Shown piece by piece: positions 51,601 to 62,413 of a DNA stretch of 64,000 nt. Position 1 is the stretch's first letter. Every line of letters starts with the position of its first letter. The notes below the pieces were generated by a model. It had not been told where the DNA came from. It saw only the letters and a list, made by a program, of their open reading frames with translations, and searched no databases. The translations under genes were made by a program, and so were the position numbers. Source of the DNA: Iphione sp. A-MEVVRFRX5 (taxonomy: Eukaryota); the NCBI GenBank assembly GCA_976226885.1, contig OZ320313.1, forward strand, positions 66,154,001-66,218,000. The letters are read 5' to 3'.

Positions 51601-54600
51601 GTACAAGAACTTTGGGTGACTCCGTAACTTGTGCTACAAGTACGACAGAGAACAGTGTGATAAAAACATTGGACAGTTACATTAACAAATCAACAACCCT
51701 CGCAAATGAAAGAAAATAATATCCTGGATGAATTTTACTTTTGATTATGTGGACTTAATTACTGGCTGCTCGAAGGTAGGTCTGTTATAAAATTTTTGCA
51801 GGTAGAAAAATCATTAAAAAGAAGCCAACAGAAGATTTCAATTCTTTACTATCAAATTGCATTTGGGAATTAAGTGATTTGTGACAGGAGAAATATACAG
51901 TAACACCTCACTGTTGAAGTACAGTACAGACTCTTATTTACGACCACCCATTGGTTCCCAGCTGAAGTGGTTGCATTGATGGATTTGGTCGCAAATTGAT
52001 AATTGTTAATTATAGAAATAAAAACTTTTGTGCCAAGCTGTACTGGTCGTATTAGTGAGAATTGTCGCAAAATGAGGAGGTTGGAAATAGAAGTTTGACT
52101 GTAAATGTACCTCAGTAATCATTCACTTTGCTATTCCAACCAAATTTCCTGGATACAGAACGACACTTTACATACTATAAACCCCTTAGTATTTCAACAC
52201 CTCGCAACTGCAGGTATAAACCAATGGAACCAAGCAGTGTCACAATATCAAATATTTACTGTATATCGAAAACTGTAGGTAAGAGTACAGTAATTTATCA
52301 ATAACTTTATTTGACACACGATCAAAACTATCGATGCTCTGGTTTATTTACAGGCAAATGGAACAAACTGTGGAGTATGTCCACTAGATACCTACCTTGT
52401 GAAGGCTGACAGTGTTCCCCTGAAAGTCACATATATGACACATGTGGATCTTCTTGACGGTTTGGAGAGATGGTTGCCTCGCTTTACAAAGATATAGATA
52501 ATGATAAAAATACACATACGTAGTTTCAAATGTCTGTGGGATAAAGAACACATATAGATATTACCCTCGTGTTGTCTTAGCAATAGCAATAAACTTAAGG
52601 CATGTGAACATCCTCTGATACATCCCATGGCTGTTACAATTGGAGAAACTACTCTACGTTCGTCCTGTACAAATGTGTTGTAAGGTGAAGCCTAGTTTGA
52701 AAGGAAGGACTATATAACAATTGGAGCCTCCTTTGCACTAAGAAGAAAGAACATAACACTGTTATGTTCTTTCTTATGCAGTTATATAGTTTCTTTCTTT
52801 CTTATCAATAGTTCGGTATGTAAACTTGTCCTCACCTTTGGCTGGGGCACGGACTGCCACATTACTAGCGGTGTTGACCTTGTCAGCCTCTTCTGATCTC
52901 ACAGTCTCTTCCGCTGTCGCGGATTCCTTACTTGTCGCCTCAGCCTTCGGTGGCTGAACTTCGCCATTCAGACCATCTGTGGCGTCCTCCTTGTGGGTGG
53001 CCTGGTCGGCGATGGCTCCTTCTTCTGGAGTGTACTGCTCCTCCAGCACCCCCAGTGTGATGGGGCCGACGATGTCTGGAAAGCGCTTGCGGAAGGAGTG
53101 CTCCAGTTCAGGCTTTAGGTGGCCGCTAGCGTCAAAGTGCTTCAGACGATGGCGCCGCATGTCATAGCGCACGCCGAAACGCTCCAGGCACACCTCACAC
53201 TGGAAGACGAGCTGTGGGTGTTTGCGAAGTTTGTGCTTCAGTAAGCCCTTCTCTGTGGTCACAAAATCACAAACCTCGCATGTAACGGTGGCCATCTCTG
53301 GGTTGGTGTAGACTGCACACACACGCCGGTAGCGTTCACCCGTCGTCGGGTTGATCATGACGAGGCTCTGGTCAGCTGCCAGCTTCTCCCGGGTTTCTGA
53401 AGGAGGAACTTGGCGAGATAAGCTATCTTTTCATTAGGTGAATATCATCGATGAGCATGCCAAGCTCTACGCAATTTCTCGATTGTTGTAATTACGTACA
53501 TTTATGACTGCTAGCAAACCTAGGTCTACATGCCATTTCCTACTAATGCGTAAATCAACCCATGCTTACCAAGATATTAGAATTAGTTCATCTTGACATT
53601 GACCTCTTTATCAAGTACACTTATGCGTTATTGATAAAGCTCAGTTGACCAAATATTTCGAGATATAAAATTCATGATTTTTGGAAATCACTCTGAATAG
53701 ACAACCGCTGTATTCACATTATAGTTCCTAAAAACAATACAAAATGTACCTCTCAAGTTTTACACTGACCACATGCCACACCTCTGTGTATAATACAGAC
53801 CGTCGACTTCAAAGTCTTCGTCCTCTGCATCTTCCACTTCCTCCGTTTCTTTCCTGGGCTCCTCAGCTGGGCCATCATGGTGACCATCCTCCTCTTGCTC
53901 CTCCTCCTCCTGCTCCTCCTCAGGAAGACCATTCGGCTCTTCGTTGACTGCTATCACTGTCTTGAGTGGTGTGATGTTAGTCAACTCAAACGATTCTTCA
54001 AGTGTGTGTCCCGAGCAAACCTTCATAGAAGAAGAACCCATAAGAGATTATATATTGTCTTGGGTGAGATGAATGTCATGATCCATACAAATTATTTTAG
54101 GAAAAAAATGTCCTCTGTGCGTATACGAAGAACCACAATGACGGCACACTGAATAAGGCATACATACTAAAGTACTGACAGGGGGGCTACACACACAAAG
54201 ATGAAATCTGTGGATTTACGGACGACTTCAGTGACCCAGTTGAAAAGTTCTGTTAGACAATATAATTGATAGGGTAGCATTCAGTCCTGCGCATTTGGAT
54301 GGACTTACATGCTCCAAAAGTTGCTGGGCTTGGTGCAAACCGGCCAAGTCTCCATGGAGATAGTAAGTGTAGTTGGCCTCAGCTTCACCGACCAATGACC
54401 AGGACACACCAACAGCTTGCGTCAGTTTCTCCAGAAAGAGCGACAGATCCTCCTGAACCACGAGTTTCTCCATCACCTCTTTACTGATACATGCAGCTGC
54501 AAGGTTGAACACCTGTAAGGTAAGGGCAAGGGGGAACATATTGCAATGCACACTATGATTCAGCACTGACAAGGTAATTCAGGTTAATCCGTATATATCT

Positions 54601-56688
54601 GCTGTGAGTTAAAGCTAAGTTTAAATATGTCTGAGTACGGCCGACGAACACTGCTACATGAGTCATCAAGAAATTAGATAAGGAGGAAAAGGAATTTTCT
54701 GAAGTTGATAAAACTAAACGTTTCTCCATCATTCAATATTGCGGTCTATGTTAACAGCACTTCTGCGCTTGACAGGACCAGACGAATGACATGCCAAGAG
54801 TGGTCGAAAATATATTTAACAACTGACCTGGGACAGTCATATAAGCTGATTTATTCTTTTATCGTTCACTTCAGAACCCTTCAAGAGATCATTATATTTA
54901 CGTATTGTTCATGTTGACAATGTTTTGTACAGCAAAGTGTGACGTAATAAACAAAATTTCACATTCAAATGTTGCATATAATCAAAATTCAAAACACAAA
55001 AAAGTAATCTTGGAGAGTATAATACCTGAATCTATCTTTATCAAATGTGGAGCACATGTACAAAATGGAGCAAGTATTACAATAGTAATAGAAATATCTT
55101 TTAATGACATAAAACAACACTAAGTATTTTCCATGGAGCAGTGAATGAGGCTAGCGTTATGGGCTTAATGTAATCACCTGTATATTGGGACCATTTGCGC
55201 TGGCTGCCACTGTCCCACTGGTAGCCACGATCACGTCTTGAAGGGTTAGAGCCTCATCTGGTACTGCCCCTAATCGACCTGTAGGCCAGTCTGGCCGGCT
55301 GACTCTTGTCAGTGGCCGCCCTGGGGGCCTTCCCCGGGGTCGTCCGCCGACTCTCCGAGTTAACCAGTCGGCACCTGCCCGCTTCCTACCCCTCCTACTG
55401 CCTATGGTCATGACAGCAGATGCATCGCTGCTGTCCTCCTCATCAGCCTCCTCCGAGTCTTCTTCCTCTTCCTTTGGGCTCTTCATAAGGGCTCGCCAAG
55501 GTACAACATAGCCCGACTCTCTCTGGTCATGAGATTGGTTTGAAAATAGAAAGTAATTATAGAAAGAAAAAAAACGCAATAAATGGTAAGTACGTATATT
55601 GTGACAAACAAGCTACACACATTTCATTTTGCTTATTTGGACACAGCTGTGTCATAAGCAAAATCGTCTTCGGTTGCACAAAAATAAAGAAATATTTAGG
55701 GTAACTAACGCATGACAGATTCACTTATTAACAGTCAAATTATATAAAAGATTCTTTTCACGTTTATGAATGTTTATCACATCAGGAATAGTCAAACTCG
55801 CTGCTTGTACCTAATACCAGGTGGTGGTGTGGCATTTTGATATATAATAATATTTCCGGGAAATCGAATGATTAGAAAAGTACAACTACACTTTCACACC
55901 GATGTCAATGTGCTGTTCGTTCTATACCTTGCTAGCAAGTCGACGTGATGTTCGTGGTTCTGTCAATGACTGCTCATCTATGGTGGAATAATGAAAAAAA
56001 TACTGCTAACTATATACATATAGACATAGAAATATAAATAACGCATTAATTTGATTAAAAGACTCTCTTCAGGTACAAGACAATTATGCAAACGTTCTGC
56101 TCTTTGAACCTATTTGACGCTTGATGTATTCCTCATTTTCTTACGTGTGAAGCTGGTAAAGCTTGAAACAAAAATCTTACTTGCGCTATTACTGGTAGGA
56201 GTCACCGTGTAGTCTCCTGATACAGGAGATTTGACGCCTTCTTCCCGGAAGCATTCTGTTGGGATCACCTGGTCGTCTGGATCCCCTGGTAGGACTACCT
56301 GTCTATCTGTCGCACAATCCTGCGCTAATGATGCTCCATTAACAGTGTCATCTCTACTAGGGTCATTCTCATGGAAAGCTGCAGGGTCGGACAGTGACAC
56401 TACTTTGCGTTTTGGTGGACGCCCTCGCTTTCTCTTGACTGAGCCCACTTCTGATGTGGGTTGCAAAGAGACTGTTGGACTGTCTGTGACTTGTGTGGAA
56501 TCTGTTGGTAATTTTCGCTTTGGAGGCCTACCCCTCTTCCGCTTTATTTGTATTTCACCAGCACCATGCTGTGGAGCTTCAGGGGTGGTGCCCTGTATGG
56601 AATCAGCTGCTGCTATTTCTGTGGTTGTGGCTATACTACTCGCGACAGCCTCTCCCTGTGGTGCTGGCGGATCTTCATTGTTGTCCAT
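45690..56688 (-). CDS. AT-hook and C2H2 zinc-finger protein, ~1347 aa, 14 coding exons
   Basis: Hand-assembled exons with consistent phases: 56688-56181, 55977-55928, 55522-55178, 54512-54309, 54020-53801, 53396-52836, 52481-52396, 51633-51495, 50953-50778 (alternative end 50763), 49844-49611, 49211-49027, 48769-48597, 47142-46808, 46517-45690; total 4044 nt. AT-hooks KRKRGRPPKRK x2 and RPRGRPP; 16 C2H2/C2HC fingers; poly-Ala; acidic C-terminus. An acceptor at 56692-56693 implies an upstream exon. The 50778/49844 junction is the least certain. Confidence 0.85.
50255..50711. mobile_element. Tc1/mariner-type MITE in a zinc-finger gene intron
   Basis: TA-flanked; CAGTGGAGTCT..TTTCCGACCA versus TGGTCGGAAATAGAGACGCCACTG. 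Confidence 0.75.
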
Positions 56689-57912
56689 TACCTAAAAAAT
56701 ACACATGATTTATAGGTGCTCATTATGCGATTCCTAACTTTACAGTTTTCATACCGCTTGTTCCTTTAAGACATGGACCAAAATAAATAGATTTATAGCA
56801 ACAAAATTTCAATCACAAAAATTATGGAGTATCAAATGCAAATTGTATGTAGGAGAACGTTTATCTTGGCGCTGGGTGACCAAGGATCAGCTCTGAAGAA
56901 CATCGGGTAAATTTCAAGATACTAATCGAATGGCTTCACCCTGTCCTATAGGCCACAAATTTTATTTCGTTCATGTTAGGTTTAAAGCACCCACGGCTTT
57001 GCAGTTTAATAGAATCATTAACATGTTTTATGTAACACATAAATCTAAGGGATTCCTGTGTCACTGTGTGTAGAACTAACCTTTGCCAACAGAGGGCTGT
57101 ACATGTGCTCTCATACTCCTCGCTAGAGGGCGTGCCCTTCGCAGTTAGTACCACTCTTGAGTCAGCCAGACTTTCTACAGTGGTTGTCGGAATCTAGGTG
57201 GTCTGGCTTATTAATTTTCCACTGAGTACGGTTTTGTATCGATAAAATAGATCGCCTTTCTAGGGTTTTTATTTTTTCCTTCATGACATCACCAGTAACA
57301 TCTTTCAGTACTTCTTGTTTCAGTTCGAACTTAATTTATATATTAACAATTAAAAGCGCCCATGTCTTTCTTCATTGATTGATGCTGAACTTATTTGACT
57401 AATGGTTATTTCAAAGGAGCAGTTTTCGCTATTTTTGTTTATCCACACTATTAGAAATAAAACGTCTACTAGTTTTAGTGGAAACTATTAATTTTCCAAT
57501 GGTAACACTTAACCAAACTGTAGCAATTTTTAGATGATTTTAAATAGTTATATAAAATTAGTAGAGAATATGAACTTACCTTAAGTGAAATATGATCAGA
57601 ATTTTGATTCTGATATATGCCCACTAGGGGCACGCATGAGAAGAGGCAGTCACGTGAATCAGCTGGACATGTCAGTTGTTGATAACCAGTTCCTGAAATG
57701 AATGGAAAAAGGGTTACCAACTTGACCAGGGTGGGTGCCCCCTAGGGTGGGCATGCGTGCCCCTAGTGGGCATATATCAGAATCAAAATTCTGATCATAT
57801 TTCACTTAAGGTAAGTTCATATTCTCTACTAATTTTAATTCAGTATATGCCCACTAGAGGGCTCACATGAGACTTTAAAACACCTTTTGAACATGAATGG
57901 AAGGAACTAACC

Positions 57913-59034
57913 TCAAACAATGTCTTTAAGGTAAAAGGTCTTAAAAGTGCTGGCATTTGTCCACATTCTATTCATTATGTCATTGATAGGAATGCCCATT
58001 TGTGACAACTTTGACACTGAAGCAGACCATGTTGAATGAGCAGAGAATTTAGAAATATCAACTCCAGCCAAAGAAAGTACCTCCTTAGTCCATCTTGAAA
58101 GGGTAGCAGTAGTAACAGGTCGGTGAGGAGGCTTAAAACTAATAAAGAGTTGTTGGGCATTGCCCCTTAAAGCAGCTGTTGCCTGAATATAACACTTAAG
58201 GCATCTTAATACACAAATTGAAGGATGTTTAGAAAAGGGATGAAGGAACATTTTAGAGGCAGGACGACCTTTCCTGGAATGCTTAAGGGTAGTAGAAAAA
58301 TTTATCTGCACTGACCCATCATCTAGAAAATGAATGTTAGGTATGTTAATAGACAAAATAGTTTGCAACCTGCCTCAAGATGCTAAAAGCAAAAGCATGA
58401 GGCATTTCATAGATAATTTCTTTAAAGGCAAAGAAGCATTAGGGCGCCACCCCCTAAGGAACTCCAAAACCAGTTGAACATCCCAAACATAATTAATACG
58501 TGCAACGGGCGGCCGAAGATTGAAGAACCCTGTAAGAAGTCTAATTGTATCAGGATGTTTCCCAAAAGAAACACCATCATAGGAAGGAAGAACTGCAGAA
58601 AGGGCACTCCTAGCTGTATTAAGGGCACTGTACCTTATACCCTTGTTGTAAAGATTCCGTAAAAATTGTAATGGTTGAGAAAGGAGAGGGTGAAGGGGAT
58701 CCCAGCCTTTAATAAAACACAATGTATTCCACCTGTTCAAGTAAGAATCATAGAGCAAACGAGTCTTCATATGCCAAGACTGGAAAATAATGTCTTTAAC
58801 TGACTTGGACAACCGCTTGAGATCAACAGCGGCCTTTAAAAGAGAAGGGCCATAATTCCTATATGCCCCATGGCCGGTTGACCCCTGTGATTGAGAAGGT
58901 TTAGGGAGTGTTTTGGGAAGGCCAATTGCTGAAGACTGGACCTCATGGCCTTGCTGAACCACGGACGACTTGGCCATCTTGGGACAACAAGGACAGCATG
59001 AGGAGGAGGATGGTAGGCCAACTTCTGTAGGCAC
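57913..59034 (-). pseudogene. DIRS-A tyrosine recombinase (frameshift near 58370)
   Basis: SAM-like N-terminal part (YSALNTARSALS, GKHP, RPP..YVWDV), catalytic part HSTW (canonical HSTR) and FKTFY; overlaps pol as is typical of DIRS. Confidence 0.9.
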
Positions 59035-60600
59035 CTAGAAATTAAAGAAAAAGGAGGACATAAGTAAGGCATTGAAAAATTGGACCAGTCAAGAGAGAAC
59101 GCATCTACAAACTCAGCTGATGGATCCGGAAGCCAGCTAACATACCTAGGCAATTGAAAATTTAGTCTGGAAGCGAACAAATCAATATCTGGCATGCCCC
59201 ACTCTGTAACAATGTGCTGGAACAATGTAGGGTTTAACTTCCATTCCAAATTGTCTTTGAACTTGCGCGAAGCATAGTCAGCAGAACGGTTGTAAACACC
59301 TGGTATGTAAAAAGCCTTTAAGAAAGAAGACCTCTCTTCTAGGAAAAGCCAGATCTTCTTAGCAATTACTCTGCAAGGTGGAGACTTAGAGCCCCCCATA
59401 TGGTTAATATAGGCGATAGCAGTTGTGTTGCCCGAAAAGACAAACACATTAACATTATGAACAGATCTGAAAAAACTCTTAAGTGCTAAATAAACAGCCT
59501 TAATCTCCAAAATATTTATGTGTAATCCACACTCATGAGGGAGCCAGCGGACCCCTATCGACATGCCATTGTAAGAAGCACCCCACCCATACTCTGAAGC
59601 ATCCGAGGAGAAGACATGGTGAGGCACTATAGGACTGAATTGTTTAGATAACAATGGCAAATTCGTCACCCACCAATCAAGCTCAGAATGAGCTAAAGGT
59701 GAAAGACACATACAAGCATCATACAAACTCCTTCGTACAGCCAAATTCTTTTCCGATTCCAAACCCCTGAGGTGGTTCCTACCATAAGTAGAAGCTCTAC
59801 TGACATCAACAAGTAATCCAATAACCCTAGCCACCTTCCTTACATACACTAGGTCAAACTGGCCTAGAGACAAAATGGCTTCTGTAATTTTCTCCACCCG
59901 AGACTGTGTGGGCCTAATGGTCATTGAACCTGAGTCTACTAGATAACCCAAAAACACCACCTCCTGTTTAGGGTGCAGCATCGATTTTTTGTAATTAATA
60001 AAAAAGCCCAGCTGCAATAGAAGATCAACAGTCTGTTCTATATGCTGGAGGCACTGGTCGTAAGTATCAGCTATGATGAGAATATCATTGATATAAGAGA
60101 CTATCAAAATCCCTTTTTCCCTCAAAAAAGCTAAGGGTGGGGCCATTACCTTAGTAAAGAGCCTGGGAGCAGAGGACAACCCAAAGGGTAAAGCATTATA
60201 CACATAGGTAGACCCATTCCAGGAAAAAGAAAGAAATTTACGATGGAAAGACCAGATAGGAATAGAGTGGTAAGCGTTCTTAAGATCAATGGAAGCCATA
60301 TAGGAAAAAGGAGCAATAAGTGGTAACACAGATTCTAAAGTCTCCATCTTAAAATGTCTATAGAAAATGAACTTGTTAAGCCTGGATAAGTCCAAGATCA
60401 TTCTAAAAGAACCATTGGGTTTAGGGCAGAGAAAGATATTAGAAAAGAAAGAATCAGGAGGTGGGTCTTCTACTAAGGAAATGGCCCCAGAAGCCAGTAA
60501 ATTACCAAGCTCCTCTGCAATAAACCCATTCTTTTTCTGAAAACTTGATGGGTTTGGGTTTGTTCAATTGAAAGGGAGAAAGGGCAAAATCTAAATGGTA
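58836..60600 (-). pseudogene. DIRS-A RT / RNase H / Dam-like methyltransferase ORF
   Basis: ORF 58836-60401: ILDL..HFKME, SIDLKNAY, LPFGLSSAP, YIND (canonical Y(L/I)DD); RNase H SDASEYGWGA and HINILE; MT domain DIDLFAS..DAF..W..CPPF. The N-terminus is frameshifted near 60400. Confidence 0.92.
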
Positions 60601-60686
60601 ACCCGAAATTGCCTGAAGGACCTCAAAATCTGCTGATAGCTGTTGCCAACGTCTCTTACATGAAGACAAGCAACCTGCAACGAAAT

Positions 60687-62110
60687 TTATTTCCTCACCT
60701 GTGACCCTTGCACTTGCTTCTGAGGAACTGCCGGAAGAGCCATCAAGGGAGGGACAGAACCCTGCTGCTGGTTAGATTGAGGTTGAGGCTGGTACTGAGT
60801 CTGCTGCTGGGGGAAAGCACTGTTGTAGGAAAACCTCCTGTTGTTCCTGTATGGACCTCTGTAAAACTTCGATCCACGACCCCTGTAGCGGGGAGACCCT
60901 CTGGACTGATAAGCCTGCCCCTTCTGAAACCCCTGCTTTTTTGACTTATCCACTCTATTAACCAACCTGGATATGTTTTCAGAGGTTTTGAGGGAAGACT
61001 CTAAAGTATCCCCAAAAAGGAGGGTTGCTGAAGGGGGACAGTCTGAAGAAACCAAACGTTTATGTTCTGGTAACAAATGGGGCCGGATATCCTCCCTCCT
61101 GGCTTTAGTGAGCTGGGTGTCAATTAACCCCAAAAGAAACGCCAAATCAGTCAATGTTTTGCCCAGATAGGACACCCAAGCCTGGGGCGGTGTGGCATAC
61201 TGATGGACAATTTCTAGAGCCTTAACCAACATAGACATAGCCGAAACTGTATGGTTCTGAATCCGCTGGGTAGACCTGTCCTTAATTTTGGCCTCCTTTG
61301 ATAAGGATAACCAAACCGGCTCATTGACTCTGACATTTTTAAGCCATTCACTGTTTGATGGAACTGGATAGGCTTTCTTCAGATTTGTGACAGCATCAAA
61401 CACAATGGGTGTGTGAATGCACTTGTCCACAAAAGAAACAACCTTCTCTTTGGCAGGAGGGCCAACATTAGGGTCAGTAGAAAGTTCTGAAGAAGCAGAA
61501 TCCAAAAAATCATGTGGTTCATCTTGATCACGAGAACTCCTGCTATGACCACCGTCACTGTCATTATCAGAACCCGACCCCGAATCTGACTAAGAAACAG
61601 CATGATCCTTCCTAGACCGGGATTTAGGGACTGCTTCACTCCCAAGAGCTGCAACAGTATCTGCAATAACGTTTATACCATCAGCTAAATTCTTACCCAA
61701 ACTGTTGTCTAAGGACTGAATGCCCTTATCCAAGGATTGAATGCCCGAAACAAAAGTCTGCTGAAGACCCAAAATCGCTTGCAACAGAGGGTCACTAGTA
61801 GACGTGGACTGCTGGCCCTGTTGGCTGGACGCAATCAAGGTCTGAGGGGTAAGGGTGGGTGGGGGTGAAGAGGGAGGGGTATTGTCCGAAGGGGTTGAAG
61901 TGGATTGACCCTTGGACTGGCCACCGTCAGGTGTACCGGCAGCCTTGGACTTTTTCACCGGCGGTTCTACTGAACCTTCCTTGTCCAAAACACGTTTTTT
62001 AGATACAGGAGTTCTTTTCAACCCTTTAGTACCTTTCTTGCCCTTCTTCTTGGCAAACTCTGCTTCCTCATCCAAGAAATTATCTAAGGAAAAATGGGGC
62101 GACGCCATAA
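60687..62110 (-). pseudogene. DIRS-A gag-like ORF, frameshifted
   Basis: ORFs 61590-62171, 61379-61666 and 60687-61505; YPVPSN..RVNEPVW..KIKDRSTQRIQ motif typical of DIRS gag; Q/R-rich tail. Confidence 0.8.
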
Positions 62111-62413
62111 TTTCACCGGCTTCAACCGTGTGACACACCAATGGGCAGCCTTGTGGCAGGTGCAAGGGCAAATTAATAATGGAAAGGTTTAGTAAAAAAG
62201 GTCCCCCAAAATAGAAAAAGGCTGGAGAAGATAATAAACAAAATACTTATCCAACACAGTCCACAACAGGCCAGGCCAACTCCACAGAAAAGACCTGCGA
62301 GGCGAAACGAAGTGCGTCCGAGCTGATTCACAACTACCAAGCAACTGACGTGTCCGGCTGATTCACGTGACTGCCTCTTCTCATGTGAGCCCTCTAGTGG
62401 GCATATACTGAAT

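Noticed and set aside
52392-52628. ORF MGCIRGCSHAL.. as a zinc-finger gene exon
   Set aside because: The real exon is 52481-52396 in another frame (KKIHMCHICDF), which restores splice phase and finger continuity.
59040-59260. Dam-like methyltransferase as evidence of a bacterial or phage insert or a novel defence system
   Set aside because: It is the known MT domain of DIRS1-group pol, in frame with RT/RNase H; the motif is CPPF rather than NPPF and is probably non-catalytic.
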